Source: Acidimicrobiaceae bacterium (GTDB lineage Bacteria > Actinomycetota > Acidimicrobiia > Actinomarinales > Actinomarinaceae). Taken from it: DNA of 64,000 nt. Each line of letters begins with the position of its first letter. Position 1 is the first letter of the stretch. The notes under the pieces were generated by a model, which made no database searches, was not told the DNA's origin, and saw only the letters and a list, made by a program, of their open reading frames with translations. Below are positions 57,535 to 64,000 of the stretch, in pieces. The stretch covers positions 288 to 64,287 of the forward strand of contig JAOMBT010000003.1 of the NCBI GenBank assembly GCA_028344675.1, read 5' to 3'. Made by a program: the position numbers and the translations under genes.

Positions 57535-58850
57535 GATAAGATTTTAACAACTTCTCTTTCAAGTAAATTGTTAAGATAGTAGTTTCTTATTTCAACATCA
57601 ACTTCAAGCTGATTCTCACTATTAATTACATTTTTAATTTTTGAGTACTTGTGAAGAGAGTCCAGATTTTTTGGAGAGGTTAAAAGTGTAACTGTTTGTA
57701 AATCTCCAAGAATTTGAAATGTAATTTCTGAAACCAATTTATCTAAATTCGTACCCTCTGTTGATGAAATAAAATATGCATCTTCATATTTTTCTTTTAA
57801 AAAATTTAAAGAAGCTGTATCAATTCTGTCTATTTTATTAAAAACTAGTATTTCTTGAACGTTAGATTCAATCTGATCTAATATTTCATGAACTGTATTT
57901 ATGTGCATTTGTGGGATTGCTGATGCGGCATCGACTACATGAATAAGTAAATTAGCATCTTTAACTACGGTGAGCGTGGACTTAAAAGATTCAATTAATG
58001 TAGTAGGTAGATTTTGAATAAAGCCAACTGTATCTGAGATAATAATAGGCTCGGTTATTTCATCTATCTTTAATTCCCTCTGCAGAGAATCAACAGTAGC
58101 AAACAACTCGTTTGCAACGTAGGTTTTTGAGGATGTAATCTTTTCAAGCAAAGTTGATTTTCCTGCATTTGTGTAACCTACAATTGATACAAGCGGTGTA
58201 TTATTTTTTCTTCTGAAACTAGATTGAACCTGTCTTTGTTTTGCAACTTTTTTAATTTCTCTTTTTAGTCTGTTAATTCTGTTGTCAATTAATCTACTAT
58301 CAGTTTCAAGCTTTGCTTCCCCAGGACCCCTTGTGCCAATTCCACCACCTTGTTGGTTTAGTGTTTTGCCCAAACCAGCCAAACGTGGTTTTAAATAAGT
58401 AGTTAAAGCCAATTCAACTTGCAAGGTTGCTTCTTTAGATTGGGCATGAAGTGCAAATATATCAAGAATTAAGCCTGTTCTATCTACAACATCGCATTGA
58501 AACAGGGTTCGTAATTCTTTTTGCTGATTGGGTGTTAGCTCACAATCAAATAAGACTACATCAATATCATTTGATTTTGATATATCAACTAATTCAGCAA
58601 TTGACCCTTTTCCAATAAATGTCTTTGGGTCAACTTTTTCTACTCGTTTTGTTTGTATGATAGTGGGACTAGATCCTGCGGTCTTGACTAAATTTACCAA
58701 TTCTTTTAAGGATTCTTCTTTGTCTGCTCTTGTTTCATTTTTAAGAATTATGCCAACTAACAAGGCTTTTTGAGTTGTTACAAATATATCTCTATCTGAT
58801 ACCGTAAGTAACTTTTTATCAGATTGATTTGGGTTATTTCTTTGATTCAA
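57531..58850 (-). CDS. hflX: GTPase HflX
   Basis: 439 aa with an HflX N-terminal domain, a coiled linker and a G domain (GYTNAGKST, DTVGF, NKID). Confidence 0.9.
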   Translation of the reverse strand: MNQRNNPNQSDKKLLTVSDRDIFVTTQKALLVGIILKNETRADKEESLKELVNLVKTAGSSPTIIQTKRVEKVDPKTFIGKGSIAELVDISKSNDIDVVLFDCELTPNQQKELRTLFQCDVVDRTGLILDIFALHAQSKEATLQVELALTTYLKPRLAGLGKTLNQQGGGIGTRGPGEAKLETDSRLIDNRINRLKREIKKVAKQRQVQSSFRRKNNTPLVSIVGYTNAGKSTLLEKITSSKTYVANELFATVDSLQRELKIDEITEPIIISDTVGFIQNLPTTLIESFKSTLTVVKDANLLIHVVDAASAIPQMHINTVHEILDQIESNVQEILVFNKIDRIDTASLNFLKEKYEDAYFISSTEGTNLDKLVSEITFQILGDLQTVTLLTSPKNLDSLHKYSKIKNVINSENQLEVDVEIRNYYLNNLLEREVVKILS

Positions 58851-59180
58851 TTATTTCATTATTGGTAGTTGACCATTATCAGATGTATTTGAAATCTCTT
58901 CTTCTGCAATAATTTGGGATTCTCTTACAGCTAAAACTACCTTCCCTGTTGGTGGCCATATAAATTTCCAAGCACCGCTTGCAACAGCCCAGAATTGCTT
59001 TTCAGTATCCACATCAATTAGTGGAAGAGCTTCTGAAGTTTTTTCACTTCCTGCAGGAACTAAAAGCCCCGACTTTGTAATCGTTTCTTCTCTTAAGTGT
59101 CCAACTCTCCAACCTGGAGAAACTTTAAAACCTGCCGGAGCAAACTGGATGTCTTCGAGTAAATCCTTATCTTCTATCAT
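58851..59180 (-). CDS. Hypothetical 109-aa protein with possible remote GroES/Cpn10-like similarity
   Basis: ORF track. The segment REETITKSGLLVPAGSEK and the C-terminal VVLAVRESQIIA loosely resemble the GroES mobile-loop and C-terminal strands. It abuts the hflX start with no gap. Confidence 0.35.
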   Translation of the reverse strand: MIEDKDLLEDIQFAPAGFKVSPGWRVGHLREETITKSGLLVPAGSEKTSEALPLIDVDTEKQFWAVASGAWKFIWPPTGKVVLAVRESQIIAEEEISNTSDNGQLPIMK

Positions 59181-59215
59181 TTTCTTATAATAAACATAAA
59201 AAAACTATAAATTAG

Positions 59216-59307
59216 CGGAGGTGGACAGGAATCGAACCCGCCAAAGACTTTTACACCTTTCAACAGTTTTGAAGACTGTGGAGCCCACCAGGCGCTCATT
59301 CACCTCC
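59216..59307 (-). tRNA. selC: tRNA-Sec (anticodon UCA), selC; no encoded CCA
   Basis: Reverse strand: GGAGGTGA-AT-GAGCGCC-TGGT-GGGCTC-C-ACAGT-CTTCAAA-ACTGT-[21-nt variable arm]-GCGGG-TTCGATT-CCTGT-CCACCTCC-G. The anticodon loop CTTCAAA matches my recollection of the E. coli selC loop. There are 13 nt between the T-loop and the discriminator (8+5 design). The D stem is long with a 4-nt loop. Total length is 92 nt. Confidence 0.85.
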
Positions 59308-59356
59308 ATTATTAAGACTAGTTATATAAAAAAATATTATTGGAATAGAATTAAGA

Positions 59357-59944
59357 ATGATGAGTAATTTTAAAAATACTTTTAATCAATTAAAAAAGGA
59401 AAGAGAGCTTAGTAATAAGCAGGTAGCTTCATTTACTGGTGTAAAGATTAAAGAAGTTAAGAAATGGGAGACAGGTACAAGTTTTCCTACAGACATCAAA
59501 GTTGTTAATGCTTTAGAGGGCATATTGGGAACCGAGATAACTAAGTCTCTTGAAGGTTTTAAGACTAAAGAGAATAGATCTTCTTCTTTAATTGGTTCAG
59601 AAGATGAGATATTTAAAGTTAATAATGAAAAGCTTGAGGTTTCTAATACAAGAATTGACAGACTTCGAAATATTTTTCAACGTGAAACTCAATCTAATAA
59701 CGACTTTAATTATGATTCAGACTTTGAAATCTCTTTTGACAATCAAGCGCTTCCAAAAAGAGCAATAGTCAATGAAGAAAACAATTCAGAACAACCGTAT
59801 TTGTACGATGATAAGCAACTTGGGTTTTATATATCTAGAAATATTAAAACTGTGGGTTTACTTTCTATTTTAGGTTTAGTAATTATTAGTTTTTTCAGAC
59901 TTTTTTGGGAATCATTCAATCTCTTCATTAACAATATATTGTGA
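59357..59944 (+). CDS. XRE-type helix-turn-helix protein with a C-terminal transmembrane anchor
   Basis: 195 aa with an N-terminal HTH (LKKERELSNKQVASFTGVKIKEVKKWETG) and a C-terminal hydrophobic helix (TVGLLSILGLVIISFF). Its stop overlaps the ctaA GTG start. Confidence 0.6.
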   Translation: MMSNFKNTFNQLKKERELSNKQVASFTGVKIKEVKKWETGTSFPTDIKVVNALEGILGTEITKSLEGFKTKENRSSSLIGSEDEIFKVNNEKLEVSNTRIDRLRNIFQRETQSNNDFNYDSDFEISFDNQALPKRAIVNEENNSEQPYLYDDKQLGFYISRNIKTVGLLSILGLVIISFFRLFWESFNLFINNIL

Positions 59945-60825
59945 AGTTAATTACCTATACAAAGCTTGGTATTGTCTTATCAATATTATCTATTTTGGCA
60001 GGAGCATTTGTTAGAGCCACTGGTTCGGGAGATGGCTGTGGTTCAACATGGCCTACATGTAAAGGAAAAATTATTCCCCAATTATCAGACACATCTGAAG
60101 TAATAGAATTTTCTCACCGATCAATTAGTGGAATCTTACTCATTGTTACACTCTTAATTTTTATTAAATCAAGAAAAATTAGTAAAGGAAGTATTGCCAG
60201 AAGAACTGTAAATTTTTTAACATTTTTTGTTGTCTTTGAGGCTGCTATAGGGGCAGTTATTGTTTTATATGAATGGGTTGGGTTAAATAGTTCTCTTCCT
60301 AGGATCATTGCTGTTCCAATACATTTAGTCAATACTTTTGGATTGCTTGCAAGTTACGCCATACTTTATAAAATTCTACTTAATAATTTTAAAAATATTA
60401 ACCAGCTTTGGGATAGACGATTTATTTTTGTAGCTTTTTTATTTTTACTTAGCGGGGCAACAGGTTCAATCACAGCTTTAGCAGATGTTTTATTTCCAAG
60501 TTCTTCATTCTACGAGGGACTTATGGAAGACTTCGATAGAACCTCGGAGCTTTTAACAAGATTAAGAATTCTTCACCCAGTAGTAGCATCTGGTTTATCA
60601 GCAGTGTTAATAATTGAATCAAGAAAAATTAAAAAAGATTACAAAATTGATGTTAAATTTTTACAATTACTCGTAATTATTGCCGTAACTCTTGGCATAA
60701 TGAATGTTTTGTTTAATATTGTACTTTTCTTGAGCATTTTCCATCTTGCAATCGCTGATTTATTGTGGATTACATATATATATGTAAGTATGGATAAGAT
60801 AAAAAATAAATCAGCGATTAATTAG
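59941..60825 (+). CDS. ctaA: Heme A synthase (COX15/CtaA family)
   Basis: 294-aa polytopic protein. The N-terminal VRATGSGDGCGSTWPTC motif and conserved His residues (EFSHR, PIHL, ILHP) are typical of CtaA. Confidence 0.8.
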   Translation: MKLITYTKLGIVLSILSILAGAFVRATGSGDGCGSTWPTCKGKIIPQLSDTSEVIEFSHRSISGILLIVTLLIFIKSRKISKGSIARRTVNFLTFFVVFEAAIGAVIVLYEWVGLNSSLPRIIAVPIHLVNTFGLLASYAILYKILLNNFKNINQLWDRRFIFVAFLFLLSGATGSITALADVLFPSSSFYEGLMEDFDRTSELLTRLRILHPVVASGLSAVLIIESRKIKKDYKIDVKFLQLLVIIAVTLGIMNVLFNIVLFLSIFHLAIADLLWITYIYVSMDKIKNKSAIN

Positions 60826-60894
60826 CTTTAATTACAGCACAGTTATAAACTTCATCTCTGTAACTAGATACAACTATGGGAAGTCAAAATAATA

Positions 60895-61950
60895 ATGGTA
60901 ACAAAAACAATACCTTCAAAGCCAAAGCCCAACACTAAAGAGGCTGACCTTTCTAATGAAGATACAACTTTAACTCCTGAACAGGAAAAAGCAGCAAGAG
61001 AAAAAGCTAAATCACTTACAAAAAAACTTGCAGATGATAAAGGAAAGCTAACAACTGACTTAGTAAGCCAATATTTAACAGCAATTGGAAACTTTGATCT
61101 TTTGACAGCTGAGCAAGAAGTTGAGTTGGCACAAAAAATTGAATCTGGAGAAAAAGCATCTATTAAGCTTGGAAAAAAACAATTCAAGGATAAAAAAGGT
61201 GAAATAAGATTAAAGAGAGATAGAAAAAAAGGCGCTGAAGCAAAAGATGCATTTCTTACAGCAAATCTGCGATTAGTTGTTGCAAATGCAAGACGATATG
61301 CAAACACCTCTGGTATTGACTTTCTTGACTTAATTCAAGAGGGAAACCTCGGTTTAATTCGAGCAGTTGAAAAATTTGACTGGCGTAAAGGATTTAAATT
61401 TTCGACTTACGCAACATGGTGGATAAGACAGGCAATTACAAGAGCAATAGCTGACAAATCTAGGACTGTAAGAATTCCAGTTCACCTTCATGACACAATG
61501 GCGGCTGTTCGAGCCGCACAAGCTCAACTAAAAGCAGAATTGGGTAGAGATCCAAAACCCCAAGAAATTGCAAAAGAAGCTGGTGTAGGTGTTGATAAAG
61601 TTGAACTAGCCTTGAGTGTTGCTGATACAGTTTCACTAGAACAGCCTGTTGGTGAAGATGGAGCACAACTTGGTGATTTTATTCAAGATGAAGATGCGAG
61701 TGATCCATCTTTAATTGTTCAAGACCTAGATGTAGCTGAGAGCCTAAGGGACAGTATTAGTAGACTTCCTGATAGGGAAGGCAGAATACTCGCTTTAAGA
61801 TATGGTTTTTATGATGGAGTACCAAGGACACTTGAAGAAATAGGTGAAGAGTTTGATTTAACCCGTGAAAGAATTAGACAGCTTGAAAAATTAGCTCTGT
61901 GTAGATTAAGACACCCTTCATTTGGAATCAGAGAACAAGACTTAGTCTAA
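60895..61950 (+). CDS. sigA: Principal-type RNA polymerase sigma-70 factor (HrdB/SigA-like)
   Basis: 351 aa with a Lys-rich N-terminus and regions 1.2 ([11 protein letters not shown]), 2 ([42 protein letters not shown]), 3 and 4 ([20 protein letters not shown]). Confidence 0.9.
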   Translation: MVTKTIPSKPKPNTKEADLSNEDTTLTPEQEKAAREKAKSLTKKLADDKGKLTTDLVSQYLTAIGNFDLLTAEQEVELAQKIESGEKASIKLGKKQFKDKKGEIRLKRDRKKGAEAKDAFLTANLRLVVANARRYANTSGIDFLDLIQEGNLGLIRAVEKFDWRKGFKFSTYATWWIRQAITRAIADKSRTVRIPVHLHDTMAAVRAAQAQLKAELGRDPKPQEIAKEAGVGVDKVELALSVADTVSLEQPVGEDGAQLGDFIQDEDASDPSLIVQDLDVAESLRDSISRLPDREGRILALRYGFYDGVPRTLEEIGEEFDLTRERIRQLEKLALCRLRHPSFGIREQDLV

Positions 61951-62006
61951 TTTTTATTATTTAATTTCATTTCATTACTTTTTGTTAAATTGTTAATCTA
62001 TATTAC

Positions 62007-63443
62007 ATGTTCGAATATCTCGATATCGCAATAGATTCAGCTATTGAAAGTGGTGCAAAATACTCTGACGCGCGAGTATTGATTTCAAAATCCAGAAGCA
62101 TTGCAGCAAAAAATGGAGAAATTGAAAACTTTAATGAAAATGAAAAAATAGGGATTGGAATTAGAGCATTAGTTGGTTCATCCTGGGGTTTTTATTCAAC
62201 TTATAACTTATCAAATGAATCATTAAAGCTTGCTGGTAAGAAATCGTACGAAATTGCTAAAGCATCAGCTATAGTTTCTGGTAAAGATATGCCTTTTGCT
62301 GATGTGCCTGTAATTCAAGATAGCTACACCACACCTCATAATGAAAATCCTTTTTCTGTGTCAAGTTCTGACCAAATCAATTTATTAATTGAATCTACTG
62401 AAAAAATGAAAAAGCTAGGTAGTTCGCGTGCGTTTGGAAGACTTGATTTTTGGGATACAGAAAAGTGGTTTGCATCAAGTCAGGGTCATAAAATTTATCA
62501 AAACATAATTGAATCAGGTGGTGGGATTTCTTCTCTATCAGTTGGTGATGGAGAAACTCAAATTAGATCTTATCCACAATCTTTTGGTGAATACAGAACT
62601 GGGGGTTGGGAGGTAGTAAAAAGTTTTGAATTCGAAAATCATATAGAAAGATTGGCTGAAGAGTCTCAAAGATTATTGGTTGCTCCACAATGTCCAGAAG
62701 GAACAATGGATTTAATTTTAGAAGGAAGTCAACTAGCTCTTCAAATACACGAGTCAGTTGGACATGCAATTGAACTCGATAGAATTTTAGGCTGGGAAGC
62801 TGCATATGCTGGGACTTCTCATTTAGAGTTAGAAAAATTAAATAAACACAGATATGGTTCTGATTTAATGAACATTGTTGCAGATGCAACTCTTCCAGGA
62901 GCATTAGCGACATTTAAGTATGATGATGAGGGAACCCCAGCTCAACGAGTAGACATTGTTAAAGAAGGAATATGGACTGGAGTGCTTTCAGGACGTGACA
63001 GTGCAGCTGTTGCAGGTGTAGATCCCGGAGGTATGGTTCGTGCAGATGGTTTTGGAAGATTACCAATGGTAAGAATGACAAACGTAGGACTACTTCCAGG
63101 AGATTCATCATTAGAAGAAATTATACAGGCAACTGATAATGGTATATATATGGAAACCAACCGATCTTGGTCTATTGATGACATAAGATTAAATTTTCAA
63201 TTTGGTTGTGAGGCTGGCTGGTTAGTAAAAAATGGAAAAATTATAGATATGGTAAAAAACCCAACATATACCGGAATTACTCCTGAATTTTGGGGAAATA
63301 TGGACATGCTATCAGGAGAAGATGAGTGGGTTTTTTGGGGAACTCCAAACTGTGGCAAAGGTCAGCCAAGCCAGATAGGACATACCGGACATCCTGCATC
63401 ACCCGCTAGATTTAAAAATACACGAATTGGAGTACGAGGATGA
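62007..63443 (+). CDS. tldD: TldD family metalloprotease
   Basis: 478 aa with the HExxxH motif (IHESVGHAIE) and a TldD-like C-terminal beta-rich region. Confidence 0.8.
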   Translation: MFEYLDIAIDSAIESGAKYSDARVLISKSRSIAAKNGEIENFNENEKIGIGIRALVGSSWGFYSTYNLSNESLKLAGKKSYEIAKASAIVSGKDMPFADVPVIQDSYTTPHNENPFSVSSSDQINLLIESTEKMKKLGSSRAFGRLDFWDTEKWFASSQGHKIYQNIIESGGGISSLSVGDGETQIRSYPQSFGEYRTGGWEVVKSFEFENHIERLAEESQRLLVAPQCPEGTMDLILEGSQLALQIHESVGHAIELDRILGWEAAYAGTSHLELEKLNKHRYGSDLMNIVADATLPGALATFKYDDEGTPAQRVDIVKEGIWTGVLSGRDSAAVAGVDPGGMVRADGFGRLPMVRMTNVGLLPGDSSLEEIIQATDNGIYMETNRSWSIDDIRLNFQFGCEAGWLVKNGKIIDMVKNPTYTGITPEFWGNMDMLSGEDEWVFWGTPNCGKGQPSQIGHTGHPASPARFKNTRIGVRG

Positions 63444-64000
63444 AAATTTGGGAGGACTTGCTGCAAGATATTGAAAAAAATATTCCATCTGGGGCAGAAT
63501 GTGAATTAAAAATGATGCACTCCAAAAGTGCCTTAACTAGGTTTGCTAATTCGCAAATTCATCAAAATGTAGATGAAGAATCTGCTGATGTGTTTTTGAC
63601 ACTACATAAGGACTCTAAAACTATAACTATTTCAACAAACTTAACTGCATTAAAAAATCCAAAGGATTTTGTTTCTAGAGCAATAGAATCACTAAATAAT
63701 AGCCCATTAGATAAAGGATGGGCTGGTCTTCCAAAGTCTTCGCAATCATTCAACGGTCTTTCCACCATTGATGAATCAACACCTGATGAGAGAGCCAATA
63801 AAGTTAATGATTTCGTTTCTCAAGGAAAGAAAATGAATGCAGCAGGATATTGTTCAAGTTATATAAATAATTATTTTGTTTGGAATACTAATGGTCTAAA
63901 TTCATCTGATTCCTCCAGTAGTGCATTTATTGATGGGATTTTTAGAACTGAATCATCAGCTGGTTCTTCCCACAGGGGAGGAATATTATTATCAGACATA
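63440..64000 (+). CDS. pmbA: TldE/PmbA family protein (partial; continues past the window end)
   Basis: Not in the ORF track because it is open at the window edge. The ATG overlaps the tldD stop (ATGA). Translation: MKIWEDLLQDIEKNIPSGAECELKMMHSKSALTRFANSQIHQNV..., the typical PmbA N-terminus and the usual partner of TldD. Confidence 0.7.
   Translation, partial: MKIWEDLLQDIEKNIPSGAECELKMMHSKSALTRFANSQIHQNVDEESADVFLTLHKDSKTITISTNLTALKNPKDFVSRAIESLNNSPLDKGWAGLPKSSQSFNGLSTIDESTPDERANKVNDFVSQGKKMNAAGYCSSYINNYFVWNTNGLNSSDSSSSAFIDGIFRTESSAGSSHRGGILLSDI

Noticed and set aside
59216-59307. Long-arm tRNA interpreted as tRNA-Ser or tRNA-Leu
   Set aside because: The seven-base anticodon loop reads CTTCAAA, so the anticodon is UCA, not UGA, GCU, CAA or similar. 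The 8+5 acceptor/T-stem length and the long D stem with a 4-nt loop fit tRNA-Sec.
60864-61307. 147-aa ORF antisense to the sigma factor gene
   Set aside because: It lies entirely within the well-supported sigA coding region on the opposite strand. Its composition is low-complexity (Ser/Phe/Ala-rich), typical of a shadow ORF.
1-64000. CRISPR arrays, transposons/IS elements, prophage, integrases, toxin-antitoxin or recognisable defence-system genes
   Set aside because: No spaced direct repeats were seen. No transposase, integrase or recombinase ORFs and no nuclease, helicase or methylase clusters were seen. Every sizeable ORF is assignable to housekeeping or membrane functions.

Overview
AT-rich (roughly one-third G+C by eye), very gene-dense chromosomal segment. 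It holds about 65 protein genes and one tRNA. I found no rRNA, CRISPR array, transposase, integrase or phage genes. Many neighbouring genes overlap by 1-14 nt. Gene content points to a streamlined low-GC actinobacterium: a dnaK-grpE-dnaJ-hspR operon, an HrdB-type sigma factor with a Lys-rich N-terminus, an F420-type LLM oxidoreductase, an Rv0338c-like membrane Fe-S reductase, and Lnt plus Lgt. A marine Actinomarinales-like origin is inference only. Most of the content is housekeeping: purA/purB, an amino-acid ABC transporter, the chaperone operon, proC, nadE, a caa3-type cytochrome oxidase cluster with ctaB/ctaA/ctaG, aceA, gnd, hflX, sigA and tldD/pmbA. The most interesting signal is a selenocysteine-decoding trait that the ORF track hides. 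(1) selD has an in-frame UGA at the catalytic Cys position. (2) An unlisted SelW/Rdx-family gene carries a CxxU motif, and its UGA sits in the loop of a perfect 8-bp hairpin. (3) A 92-nt tRNA has anticodon UCA and a tRNA-Sec architecture. selD is translationally coupled to an alpha/beta hydrolase and a GT4 glycosyltransferase, which may form a selenium small-molecule module. Other notable points follow. The Lnt homolog has Ser in place of the nitrilase-superfamily catalytic Cys. Two paralogous small Cys/His proteins exist: one leads the dnaK operon behind a HAIR-like palindrome, the other sits behind a perfect TGTGA-N6-TCACA palindrome. pepN is frameshifted. One lipoprotein fuses cupredoxin, beta-helix and PLDc_N-like modules. 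Four convergent gene pairs share overlapping stop codons.
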